From positions 20,311,101 through 20,375,100 of the forward strand of contig NC_134025.1 in assembly GCF_964204645.1 (NCBI RefSeq): DNA of 64,000 nt, given 5' to 3'. The stretch is from Tubulanus polymorphus (Eukaryota; Animalia; Nemertea). The position numbers and the translations under genes are program-made. The notes under the pieces were generated by a model. The model did not search any database, was not told where the DNA came from, and saw only the letters and a program-made list of their open reading frames with translations. This document shows, piece after piece, positions 51,101 through 64,000 of this stretch; position 1 is the stretch's first letter, and each line of letters opens with the position of its first letter.

Positions 51101-51674
51101 AATGAACATTCCTGTTTGGAATGCCAAAATTGACTAAAGCCGCGGAGATGATTTGGCTTGGGGCAGATCAGGCCGTAGTCAAATTTGCCCCGTGCATAAT
51201 CAGAAATTGCGTTCACATGTAACCAATAACTGGACACTAAACAATGCTCATACCAAGTGAATTACTTCCGCAACCAGTTGCAATTCACACGTAATAATTT
51301 GGCCTGTGCTAAAATTTGGCTTGGGCCTGGTCTGACGCTTTTGGTCGATCCAAATTTGGTCCAGGCCAAACAGACACGGGGCTCATGTAGCACCCATGTG
51401 AACAGTTGTTGGCCTGGGCCAAAAAAGCTTGTGTGATCATATTTGTGTTAATACGCACAAATTATTTATATACATTGGGATACAAAACAGGAAGGGACAT
51501 GGAAATTGACAGAAAAGCAAATGTGATGAGAAGTGACGTGACAAGGAGACAAACAACAATTAGTATGTGATGACACGATGAACTGTCTCAGAGGACAAAG
51601 GATATGGACATTTAAGCATGAAACAAATATAAGATATAGACGAAATATGAATAACAAGAATGTATAAATTTTGG

Positions 51675-52210
51675 TATACGGAAATAATGCAACCACAAAA
51701 AATGGCACAAAATTTTGCAACATTGGAAAAAATGCCAATGCTGAAAATGCCACTTTTTGCATGATAGGAAAAATACCACCAGGAAAAAAGTAAAGTAATT
51801 TGATCTCTTTCTTTTTAATTTATAACTTATATTCAGTTTTGTATTTTAGCACACCCCCCCCCCCAGTTAGCTCTTCTTTAATCTGTTTAAGCTTGTAACT
51901 ATTATTAAGTTGTTTCATATGTTATGTTTGTTATACATATGGAAATGATAAGTCTATTCCTAGTTTCAATGAAGTTCATAATCAGTAGTTGATTTATCAT
52001 ACTTCGGACGTCTATATAATCTGGATAGAAGTGTGAAAATAAACTGTAGTATTTCATTATCTTCCTTTGATTTACACTGCTAAAAAAAAAACATCGGTAG
52101 CATTTTTTTTCTACTGCCATTTTCACTGGTGGCATTTTTTTTCCGGTGGTATTTCTGCCATATTTCTGGTATTTCAGTGGCATTTATTCTGGTGGCATTT
52201 TTTCCTACAT
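51675..52210. mobile_element. Foldback-like element with short subterminal repeats in inverted orientation
   Basis: ggaaaaaatgcc/ggaaaaatacc repeats at 51678-51790 are mirrored by ggcattttttcc/ggtggcatttt repeats at 52100-52206. Confidence 0.5.
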
Positions 52211-55200
52211 GCATAAATTTTAGCTATAATACTCTTGCCTTACTATTGTAGGTTTTGTAGAAGTACTTTGGATTTACAGCGTGGTATGGGGAAGACCCTT
52301 ATGTATAATCATAAGCGATAACTAGGCCTACCCAGCCGTTTGTGGCTTCAGAGGCGACACATTTTCTGTTGCTCATTATTTCAGCCTCGCTGTTTTATGC
52401 TCTAACAATCGGTAACTTCTTCGAACGTTTCAATCATTTGTCGTATACTCAAGCTGTTCTCCATCATTAGCATGGATGACAACAGCAAGAATGCATAAAA
52501 GGGACAGCTTTTGCTGCATTCGAAAAATGCTACACGTTTGTTATGTCGATAGATACAGTTCAAACATCTGGTGCGTTATTGTTCATTGGAATCGGTTAAG
52601 TGAAACTGTACGGCGTGTATGGGTTTTACTACGCCGCCATATCGGTTTAGGGAGCATTTCAAAATTTCGATAGTTCAATTAGAATGACTCGTGGAAGGGG
52701 TGGGGGGTCTCCCGCGGGGGCCTCCCGCGGATTCATCACTGCTGCAAAACTATTGATTCATTGACATTGAATTGAATTGCAGTTTCGAATATATATATAT
52801 ATTACAAACAGTAGATTTAACTATCTCTCTCTTTTAGATGCTGATGGTATTTTAGATATATTTTGTTTTGTTTACAAAGTCTATTAGAGTTTAATAGGTT
52901 TTTCACTTGTAATTTTGCTTTTGTATTTTTCAATTAAAAGTTGTGATCGAAATACACTCGTGAGAATGTCTTATCTTTGTCTGTGGTCTCTCATTAGAAA
53001 ATCAATAGTTCCAACTTTGGCATGTGTCTAATCAAATGGGGGGTGGGGGGTTAGAAAGAATTAGACAGTTATTCTAATTGACGCAACTGTTGAAATTTTG
53101 AGATACTCCCTTAGATAGTTTACCGAATGTAACTGAATTTCATGCCCGTGAATGGGCGTCAAAGGTCAGTAAAAAGCTATTTTTCATCCTTGAATCATCG
53201 CTTGACTTCAGTGCCAGTGATCACCATCATCTTTCCAATAAAAACTTGGTGGCGCCATATTCTGTCAAATTGTTAGCGAATAATTCATAAATGTCCCCGT
53301 ATTTGTTCAGCGGTTATTACATATACCCTGCGGCTATGTTATTCCCATGTCTGGCCCCGAAGTTGTTCCGAAAGGCTGGCGGGCGGGGAGATCAGATTTA
53401 TTTTTTGTCATATCTCGTGATGATATCTATTCGTCCCGATCGAAATTTTCAATCTCTTTCATCGCGTCGAATCTTGCTGCAAAATTACATTACGACCGGA
53501 ACTAGCATATAAAGCTGTACATTTTCAGAATTAGTTTTCTGTGACGAAGCTTATTCGAATATAGACCATATTCTCCCGCTCACCATGGGAAATATGACAG
53601 CATCATGAAATTTACATGTTGTTTTTCGAAGGCCAAAAGTTTGACAAGTTGTTCCAAGTTAATTGTTTTCTCTGTATTTATTTAATCTTATTTTTTGAAC
53701 AAATTTTTCACATTTCATCCATATTCAGTTTATAGATAAATTCATGTCGTTTACAAGATTTTTCAAGTGCATCAATATATTTAGGTTGATTTTTATCGAT
53801 AGGTCGGAACCCCAAACCTCCCTTAATATGTAACAGGGTCCAATCTTTTAAACATTATCTTCTCCCTTGATAGTTTTGTATTTCATTTTCCTTCATTTGG
53901 CCGTGAACAACTGAAATGGGCCCAGGCTAAATTTAGCACGACCAGAAACGTCAGACCAGACTCAAACCAAATGTTAGCACAGGTCAAATTATTGCCTATG
54001 AATTACTACTGGTTCAGTGACTCACTACGTTTTATCTAAATATTGTTCAGTATCAAGCGAGTGGTTTATGCGTGAACGCGCTCTTTAATTTGACTCAGGC
54101 CTGATCCGCGCCAATTTGGCCCGGGTCAAATTGATTCCGCTTGATCGCGGCTTTTATCAAATGTGGGTTCAGAAAATCTTTAGTCTTACTATATCAGGCA
54201 CTTTTGTGAGACGTTTTTTCCTATTTTTAGTCAATAACAACACAACGCTTGTTAGACATAATAAAATGTCTGCGAGCGAAGTATCGTACAAATATTATTA
54301 AATGAATAGTCCTACATTAATCTCTGAAAATGTGCATAACCCAAACATAGCAATAGTCACATATAGCATATTATCTAAAACGGCACACTTTAACCTAATT
54401 ATGATTTGATAACGGGTAAAAAATGTTGCGAGTAAATATATACGCGGGTGGCTTAATTTACCCATCCAGAATAGGAAGGGATAGTAGGATTATTTGCAGG
54501 GCCGGCGGAACTGGGGCGGCTTTGGCTGGGCCAGTAATTTTGCCGATTTCGGTTTTCTTTGGAAAACGTATTTTCGATCAACTATGAAAAAACTGCTGCG
54601 TCTAAAACATTATGATCCGTTACATCAAAAATACATGAAGAGGATGTGTATTTTTGGTAAAATTCATAAACGAAGTGTCGACTTGATTGACTTGAATCGA
54701 TGGGAGAACCCCTTGAAAAAATTGGTGCATATTTTTTGCCCGGTTAACGCCTTGTGCTGTCAGATATGAGCCGGGCCAATGTCAACTTGCCTCCGCCAAA
54801 CCTCATGCGTATACTATAGAAGCAAAATTTCATATCGATGTGTTGAGCAGAGAAAAATGCTTGCAAAATAGATCAATTTAGTTATCGAAAATTGTATTGA
54901 AACGTAAATTGATTTATTCGATAAAACCTCAACATTTGATTATATACATAATTGCATAATCCGATGAATGGAAGGGCTATAAGGGGTAAATATTGTCACT
55001 AAGATTTTGCCATCACTCAATTTCGAGGTGGGAGGAAACGGGGGAAAAAATTAAGATAATTTTTTTTCTATCATTCAAGCAATTCCTACAAATTCTTGGA
55101 ATGACTCCGAAAAAGGTTTGTAAAACAGATCAAACATCGGAAATTGAGATGGAGATATTAAACAAAGAAAATTGTATCTTATTGGAAAAGTCACGATGAA

Positions 55201-56589
55201 TGGGAGAAAAGTTGTTTTTTAATATATTTTATGACGTTTTGGGTGGAATTCAAGGGCTAAGAAATGCCTTATTTTGAATTGACTTGTCTTATCACTTTGA
55301 ATATGTTTTCTCCGATTTGCGTACAGTAGTTAATGTGTAGAAAAACAGGCATGATTCGTATATGTAGGCGCATTTACATTACTATACTTAGAACGTTTTA
55401 AATTTAGTTCATTCAAATTTAGAATGGACCAAGCATTGGCACTAGGGGAAAGTCTGTTCTAAATTGGTCCGTTCCTTTTTAGGTTGGACCAATTTAGACC
55501 AATGCAGTTCAATAAAGATTCATTGCTTCCGAGTAATAACAAAATTGCATCTGACAGTCATGATAAAATACAAATACACACACAGACCAAAGGACACATT
55601 AAAACTACAGATAGCCCAACTGATACCGGTCCAGGTCTGCTCTGAATTTCCGAACAATTTCTGTGTAAGTAGCAGCGTTAATTTGTCAATAACAGTCTAG
55701 CATCTAGTGCAGCGAGTGAGTCCATTCTAATTTGGCCTGTACCTGGAACAGATCAATTTAGAATGGACTAACAAGCGATAATGGGAACGCAGCTTATGTC
55801 TGATATTAACATGGGTCAGTTTCCACTTTACGATACCCCATTAGTTACATACTAAACTTCATGAATGACTTAGAAGGAAATTGGAAAGTACGTATATGCA
55901 TTTATTCTCTTAGAATATCATTTAATCTTCAGCATCTCGTGCCGACATTCATTCATTCGTGTTACCAATAGCTGATACAATCGTCAACATCATTTCCCTC
56001 AATATCCACACCATGCGCAACGTGCTACGTAACACTGCAAGTGAAAATGAAAGCTTTCACCTGGGGCCATCGACACCCATACGAACATTGATCACTGATT
56101 TGACAGAGATTGATGCACTGCGTTATTACATGGAACTCCTGAAATCTCAGCAGATCAGAAATCATCATGTACCAATGATACAACGTACTATACACCTCGA
56201 CTTGATTTATGAAGCTCCAGTTATAAATGTCATAAATGTCATAATCACATTTGCGCCTGGGCGTAAATTTCCGTTGCTCATTTGAGATTCCATTTTTTTC
56301 AACCAAATGTCATCAGCCTCCTTTATAATCTCCACCATTCTTATGTGTACATCCTGTTCCTCACATGAAGGAATCATTTTCGTTCTTATAACTAATTAAT
56401 TGCTTCATCTTTTCCGGTACTACTGCATATGGATGAACATCTTCGTCATATATCGTATAGCCTCGAGTATCGTGTTTAGAGTTAATCTTAGGTAATGATA
56501 AACAAGCATTTTACACAACAATACTCTTACTGGTCTGACTAGGATATCTAAGACATGGGATCAATATCCCAACAAGAGTATGGGTACCT

Positions 56590-56750
56590 TACTTCCGGAC
56601 ATAATCTCAACACTTCAACTTTTAGACAACAAGCTTTCTCACGTCTAGCGCCAAGATTTTGGAATCAATTCAAATCTTTCTGGTTCTTGTCATCTCAATC
56701 CGGATCAGTTTAAAAGATATCTCAGAAACCATCTTGTTCTGTGACTATTG
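56590..56750 (+). mobile_element. Degenerate L2/CR1-type LINE 3' remnant
   Basis: Translates RQQAFSRLAPRFWNQF and, after a frameshift, FKRYLRNHL, like the AFS..APRLWN.LP...FK..LK.HL end of L2/CR1 ORF2. Confidence 0.55.
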
Positions 56751-57838
56751 AGATAATTAAGATTTTCCAAGGGGGGGGGGGCGCATTTGAACTGTATTCA
56801 GGATTCAAGAACTATTCAAGAACTATTTATAATTGTTATTACCTTAATACATCGTGCTTAATACATTGGCTGCATCAATAGCTCAGATATGACTTCAGCA
56901 GAGTCAGGTTGAGCTACGACGTGATGGCATGAGGAGCATCTAATCACGGAGAGTGCTCAGGTAGATTTGATTGAAGATTACGAGTGACCATCGGCGATCA
57001 TTGACTAGTCACGGTGTTGCGGTTATCGCTAACTGTAGTCATCAATCATTTGAACTCTTGACGGGCTATATCATACAAAAAAATCTCATTAAATAAACAA
57101 ATACCCTGAAGTACCTTGAAGTACCTTGCAATCATCAGTGTCTCTAGCCTAACTCTGGTATCTGGGATTCGGTCTTAAGTAGGCCCTACACTCATGTCAC
57201 ATCACAAGGTCAAGTCACTGATTTGGCCAACACGTGGTGATGACGACTATCGAGTCGGATGTTATGCGACCTGAGTTAGGCATTACCCAGCAACAAATTT
57301 CTTCTCAAATTGTTCCGTGACAGTAGTATTTATCGCAATAAAACCTATTGATAGACAATCATCATAAGAAAACTGCATAGTATTCAAAAACAAGCAGCCA
57401 CATGATTCAAACCTACGTTGCAGTGTAGAACAATCCCATGGTTGCAGTACAGCTGCAATTTGGCAACTGGTGCTGGAAGTCACTCACTTAGAGTTGATTT
57501 TTTAGTTAACATGTGTACAAGCTCTCTAATTAGGCTCGGGCAAAATTTGACATCGGCAAGATTCAGGCTAAATTGTCTCCGAGTGATTATGGCTATTTTG
57601 TCAATCTGAACAGGGCTTTAGGCTATCCCAATGAGAGAAATCGCAGCTACATTGTCAAAACCATGCTATACCAAATATATGAACACTTTATGAATACCAA
57701 TCATTTAGAAGCATTATTTAATTCCAGGGTCCAGTTCAATATTTGATGATAACTAATGATTATTATTTTCTTACTAGTCTCTAAACCATGAATCCTTCCC
57801 TGTTCACGCCTTATGATTGAGTTGTTTTTTCATTTTAG

Positions 57839-57985
57839 GTACAGCCTATGCATATGAAGACGATGAAACATCGAGTGATAGCGATGATGAAGATCTCAAA
57901 CATTATAAACAAGTGCAAAATAAACAACGCACGCCAAGCATTAGAAGCACAAGAAGTCAAAAAAGTCATCGAAGTTCAAGTAGCT
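57839..57985 (+). CDS. SYT14: Synaptotagmin-14/16-like protein, shared linker exon (147 nt, phase 1-1)
   Basis: Polypyrimidine tract and ttttag| acceptor, |gtaagt donor. (G)TAYAYEDDETSSDSDDEDLKHYKQ.. parallels recalled SYT14 DEHGSSSESEDEALGKY; in frame with the TM exon. Confidence 0.85.
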
Positions 57986-59549
57986 GTAAGTATTTCTGTT
58001 ATGCCTTTTTAGGAACGATTTTTAAACTTGGAGGTACAACTTGGAGTACTTAAAGTGGGTAGACCTATTGTATCTCTGACATATCTAGGTAGATGTACTA
58101 CCAACAGTAGGTAAACTCATATTTGACATAGTAACTCGAATAATATCTATGGTACTTTAGTCAAATAGTTATTCGTGTACTAGCTTATCTATTTCGGGTA
58201 GGCCTATATGCAAAGCTTGAATTGGAAACTCTGTCAAGAGCTGAAAATGATATGTTATTGAACAACTGTCAATACCTTTTGTATTTACAGACAACGTTTG
58301 TCGCTTCTTAGAACTTCTTGAAAGCTTTACTGAATGTGTTTCTTGTGCTTTGCAAGTGTGTTTTCATACACCAGTACAGAACAGTTGAATTCATTTTCTT
58401 CTTTTATGCCCGATGCGCGCCAACGCCTGAAAACCCGAAACGAAAGACGTATTGTTGTTTTCTCTTCGTCGAAACGAGTATGTTTTTAGTGTCTCTAGCA
58501 TTGCACTCTGCGGAACAAAATGTGCGCGATCACATGATCGTTTTTCACTCTGGCCAAATTTGACGTGCTTTGTTCCGTGCTTCGTTGACGTGGGTTTGTC
58601 TGAATTTTATCACGGGCCAAATTATTCAGTATGAATGCTAACTGGTTCCGTGACCCACAGCATCGTAAATTATAGCATTTTAGTGAATAGTTGAGCAGAT
58701 TACGTGACAACGCATGCTCTGCTTTTCCGGCCAAATCGTTTGATTGCGGCTATTAACAGTTTTCGGTTGGAAATGTGTTTTGTGACTGCGTATCTGGATT
58801 TACTGTATGTACGTAACTACCTTTCATACTAGCTGATGTACTGGCATCTGAAGAAATAAGAAGTAATGATAATGATAATCTGTTGATTGATATAGCGCCT
58901 GTTTTGTTTGAGTTATCTTCACCGGGTGCTTTCTGGTGTCAGTGATCAGAAAAGTGTAGCACGGGCAGTGGACAGTAGAATTTTCTATCGGAATAATCAA
59001 GCCAATCTACCCTAGGAACATCTTATGATTTGCTTCCTAAACCAAAGGGGCCTGTTCTATTGGTTATATATCAAATTTAACCATAGTTTGAAACTAATCA
59101 GCTGTCATTGAAAATCTACACGAATTTTACACGGAAAACTAATTTGAAATTGTATTTTGTGAAACTCAGCCAGTAGGCATGTTGCATCGATTAGTTTTAC
59201 CAAAACTTTAAAACTAGAAAAACTGCTTCTTGGTATACGGCCTATGAAATTCCATCTGTAGATCATTTATAAATTCATGCAGACAGACAAAGGGGTTGGT
59301 TTAATGGAATACTATTCTGCATATGGTACTTTCATCTTTTCGCATCTGAATGTCTGTGCCCCGGCATTGTATGACGTAAATGGGATTGATGAATAGTCAA
59401 TATTACCAATCTACTCGCAGATGTTATTGATTTTAAGGGTTACCCTACAGATGATGACATCTTCTTCATCATGTCTAATTCATTAGCCATGCTGTGCAAT
59501 CATCGGCTTTTTATTTACAAACCCCTGATCATTCTCTTCTCTTAGACTC

Positions 59550-59850
59550 CTAGTAGTCGCACTAAACGACATATAGTTGAATCTGCTTTGATTACTACTC
59601 ATTCCGATCGTTCTGTCAACCTCAATAATGGTTTCAGCCCCCATAATAAACTTCTTTCAAGTTATGTCAGTGCTCTAGTCCCCATAACGTAATGTGCAGC
59701 GATTCGTGTCCTATTTCATATTTCATGTATTAATACTGTATTTGGCAAGTCATTTTAGACTGAAGAAGGGTGGTAGTAACCACCCGAAATATTTCTTATA
59801 TGTTTTAATAAACATTTTATCATCTAATTCTTTTATTGTGGGATTTTACT
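59550..59850 (+). mobile_element. Penelope-like 3' fragment of a second subfamily
   Basis: SSRTKRHIVESALITTHSDRSVNLNNGFSPHNKLLS...stop (59690-59692) aligns with the 16275 ORF (RRHILESALI..VNLNNGFSPHNKLIS); shares the attgtgggatt end motif. Confidence 0.8.
59756..59798 (+). ncRNA. Minimal Penelope-type hammerhead ribozyme motif
   Basis: aga-CTGAAGA-a-gggtggt(agta)accaccc-GAAA-tatttct; 7-bp stem II; palindromic gaaatatttc in the stem III position. Confidence 0.7.
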
Positions 59851-62800
59851 CGCATTATTGTAACGCTGGTTTTTACTGTGTCAAAAAATTAAACTTATTT
59901 AACTTGATCTGCTTGTGATGCAATGTTGTTAGTTCAGTCCTAGCCTACAAGGATTTTTGGCTTACCCATCCAATGGGCTGTAGTCTCATCATTCATCTAT
60001 GGAGGCTGGCCTATCTTATGGCTTTTGTGGGGGGAGGGGCTTCAGGGGCCTCAGGGTTTAGATGTATTTCCCCTGGCGAGTATTTTTCAGTAAAAAATTG
60101 ACGGAATCAAACGCTGGGCTGCCGGTCGAACTGTGATGTAGAAGTATAGTCTTAAAAGTTTTATTTCATAGAAACAGCAGAAATCTGAGATTCCAGTAAG
60201 TTCCGGTAATATTGTCATTGAAGCTCCTTGTTTTTCTGATCATCGAGCGTTGAGAATAATTCAAACCGATCTTCGTTGATAAATCGTATTTGTGACCTGT
60301 TGATATTTCGATTAGGCCTATCATCGATCCAGAAATACTGAGCGAATTCTTGTCAGGCCGCGTGGTAATTCTGTATCTCGCGATTGTGTACACATACATA
60401 TTGCCGTATTCATGAAGCCATTAGATATTAACAAAAACCAGTTAAATCAAGACAATGAGAATGTTGTAGCACTTGAATTTCATTACTGTATCACTGCAAC
60501 TCTTGAAACTTTGAAGCGGGACTGCAGCTCTTTAACCCTTTCAGTGATGACTAATTGATACCGTAAAGTGGTGGAGATAATTTGAAAATTTATAAGAATA
60601 TACCACCCCTGCGTCTTGTATAGCAGGCGCGCAGTTTTAGTGCGTCGAATAATGATTTGATTAATCATAATTTATTTACACTGAAACCCATTACCGGTAT
60701 TAGAGGGACAACACAAAATGTACAAATTTAATAACAGGTAGAAAATTTACAAATTCAATAACAAAATAAACTTGTTTAAATGCACAAAATGGAAATAGCA
60801 TAGTACCTAATTAGGACTCTCCATACATAGGGATAGGCCTATACATTCGAATAAAACACTATAGAAAATACTAATGGGTGCAATCATTCAGTAGACAAAT
60901 GCAATTTTTCTTGCAAAAAACTGCAAGATCTTTAGGCACAGCAACACAGGTGCTGCCACCACGCACTATAGCATGTTAACCCCTGTGGCGTTGATCGACC
61001 AATATACAGGCCAGATATTGGCCAGATGGTCATTGATCAGAAGACTGGCCGGACCTTTGTTAAATGCAGCTTTCGGACCGGACCGTTCTACCTTTTTACT
61101 GAATGGAAATCGCTAGTAATGTACTGGGGCTGATAGAGCATTGCTAAAAGGGCTGGTTTCACCTATCTCTTCACGGGCTCCGTTTAGAAAAAGGGCACAA
61201 AGGCGACAATCAAAGACTTGGTGTCCTTTTGATTATTAAGTAACTATATAACATTTTCAATGAAATTGAACCAAATAGGCACCGTACCAAAGCGATATTC
61301 GTTTTTCTCTCCAAAATCTCCTTCACCGTGCCCCCGGTTTACACTGATTGTGCTAGATGTGTTATCGCCGTTTTAAACTTTTCCCCTTCTGAGTACGGGA
61401 ATGAAAGCAAGATCTTAAGAAAACGCTCTGAGCGAACCTATGAACTACAATCGCGAGCCATCCGGTTTGTCGCGCCTACAGAAATTGAATACCCAACACG
61501 GCACTTATCGATTATGAAATTTCAAAGATTCTTCGCGACAGACGGCATTTTAGGTGTATCGACGTGTATTCGATTGTCAAGATGATGGGATTTTACAGTC
61601 AGGGGTTAATGCGATGGAAACCCGGCGTCTGACTCTAAATACTATCAGTACTAATGACTATTATCGATTTTGCGCGATGAAACTGAGACAATTTGGTCTC
61701 GGCAAACAGTTTATTTATCCGATGTCAATGCGGTTCTAGTTCTAAGTCAATTCATTTCGTCTTTACATAGTCTACTGACGGTGAATTATTAAAAAAATTC
61801 TTTTTCGAGGCCTTGAAAGGCAGTGAATCTTCATATTAGAAATAAAGAGAAGGACATGAAAACGGGAGCTACCAGTGAAATACAAATTATCCACACGTTA
61901 GGACTCATTAAGTTCGGCACCCGATTTCATAGTTTAGCTTAACTAGGTAAAATGGCATCATAACCAGATGAATGTGGATTGAAAAGCCAGGCCAATTTTA
62001 CAGATTCGAAAAAATATCTTGATATATTTATCCATTTCGGGAAATATGTACCAGGCTATATATTTGGCAGTGAAAAAATAGTTTCGTATGTGGCAGAAAA
62101 TAGCGGTAAATGTAGATTGGCGGAACCATAATCAACTTTAAAGGTATTCGCATCGAATATTTCCCTAAGAAAATGAGACATTAGAGTTATCAATTAACTA
62201 ATCATTTTCGTTCTGACTTCTCTGTTTTGAGATATTGATTAAGATGTTTATACAAGAATTGCATGTAATCTTCTCTTCGACGTTTGGAATCGCTTGATTC
62301 AATGAATCGTACACAGAATCAAATGATCGAAGTCTATCTATTTTGCTGGCACGCTGCTTTGCCGGAACGATGCGCTCGTGAATATCCTAACTGTAATCAG
62401 GCCGTTCGACAAGCTACGACAGCTAGATGATTGTATAGATGGCAAATTGATGGTGGTGGACATTGTTGAACCAGTGAATGTGGCAAAAACGTATGCAATG
62501 TCCTACTTTTGAGCAACTGGTTGTCCTCAGTTACGGTCATATCTGCCGATGTGCGCGCTTCACAATCAACGCAACAAGACATGGTGCAACTGATTAAAAC
62601 AAAGCAAATGCACTCAGTTGCTGTCCATGTACCCACTTTGGACCTGGCGACTGGCAAGATCCATCCAGTTGCTGATTTTTGCTAGATTTTCCTTGTAAGC
62701 GGGGTCCTCACTCGCTAGCAACTGGATATGATTAGTTGCCAGTTCGATGTACACTAGGCTTTAGCCTAACTCAAGTAGCATAAGACCTGACTCGATAGTT

Positions 62801-64000
62801 GGATTGTAAAGGGTCGAAGATCATAGTGTGAGCCCGAATTAGGCGTACAGAAATGCCAGCCATTCTGATTTTTCAGTAACTGTTGCGTAAAATCTGACAC
62901 TGCACTAGTACAGTGTCAGAAGTTGTTAAACAAAAACTTTGTGCCACGTTAATTACCTGAATACAGATAGATGTTTAAGACCTGGATACTTAGTTATAAA
63001 AAATTTTCCGGTTTGAAAATTTGGGAACGCTGGAAACTTTTGTGAAAATACTGATAAACTTGGACATGTGTTCAGCAAGAGATAAAATCAAGGTTGGCAG
63101 CTCTGTACGAAAAGCGGGCTCGCCATTGGCAGCCCCACGATCCGGCTAAAACTGGGAGAGCTATAATATATACCTAATTAAAACCAATGATTAATACAGC
63201 GCAAATTAGTAAAATCTATTACTGTGTGATTATAGCTGGCCCTCCAGTCACATCCTGGCCAATCATTCAGTGTTAATTAGATTTGACCAGTAAATCATTA
63301 TCATCAACTCGGCATGGACTTTCATTTGGTTTCGGCCAGGTCTTGTTAAGTTACTATTCAACACGGACGTGCCCGTATTACGTGAGCGTGAATGCTTGGT
63401 CCTAATGAATTAGCTGAATTAGCATTACTTCGTTGTATGGCCTCCCACTTATGAAATTCCTTACTAAATCGATCACTGGAGTGTAAAAGTCCCTGTGTTA
63501 AAACAGATCGTACGGCACAGGTATTTATACATATTATATGTAGTGTGCCATGTCAGAAAAACGTGAATACGATAACATAAGTATATATTTATATAGGCTT
63601 ACAGGGCGCTCCACTACCTTAGTACTTAGTAGTGATTTAATTCATATTCATGTTCAGTTTATAACCGACCGAGTTAGAACACACTTCATAAACGTGGATG
63701 TGAAGTTTTACTGAAACTATGCTTTTGTTTTGTGAATTATTTGAACGGGTTTCTGGATCTTGATGCATCGGTTTGGCTGCGGTTGCTTTAAATGCTGGAA
63801 AAAAGGTATCGAGTTTTATGGTTTTCATCAGATTCAGCCAAGTCGTGTACGGACGAGGCATAGATTGTTATAACCTATGTTTTGTTTGGTATATAGCCAC
63901 ACAGTCTAATGACTAGCTTAGGTCGGCCTTGTGATCCGATGTGATTGCTTGCAGTGTGATCCATCGCAAAGACCTTGTGACACAATCACTTACGTTAGCG

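Noticed and set aside
61554-61739. Possible next SYT14 exon after attttag
   Set aside because: The required phase-1 frame hits a stop within about 10 codons and there is no similarity to SYT14 or C2 domains.

Overview
AT-rich, intron-rich animal genomic DNA, probably an invertebrate bilaterian; it is not prokaryotic. Two host genes sit head-to-head at about 17.2-17.6 kb. The minus strand carries a complete two-exon OPA3 homolog (CDS 17233-17080 plus 9818-9457, 171 aa). The plus strand carries the 5' part of a synaptotagmin-14/16-type gene (TM exon 39030-39191, acidic linker exon 57839-57985); its C2 domains were not found and presumably lie beyond the window. This gene appears to have a cluster of 4-6 alternative ATG-initiated first exons, all ending in phase 1. 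Some lie upstream of the TM exon and some downstream, which predicts both TM-anchored (SYT14-like) and TM-less, possibly palmitoylated (SYT16/SYT17-like) isoforms. The OPA3 intron holds a ~4 kb TSD-flanked foldback/Mutator-like element whose ~18-bp terminal motif is amplified about 53 times into a CRISPR-looking array with two spacer classes. The rest is transposon debris: a BEL/Pao gag-protease fragment, three Penelope 3' ends with minimal hammerhead ribozymes, CR1/L2-type LINE ends, Helentron-type non-autonomous elements, many MITEs, and a nested MULE > tRNA-Ala-like > palindromic MITE structure. All calls are by eye; no database searches were run.
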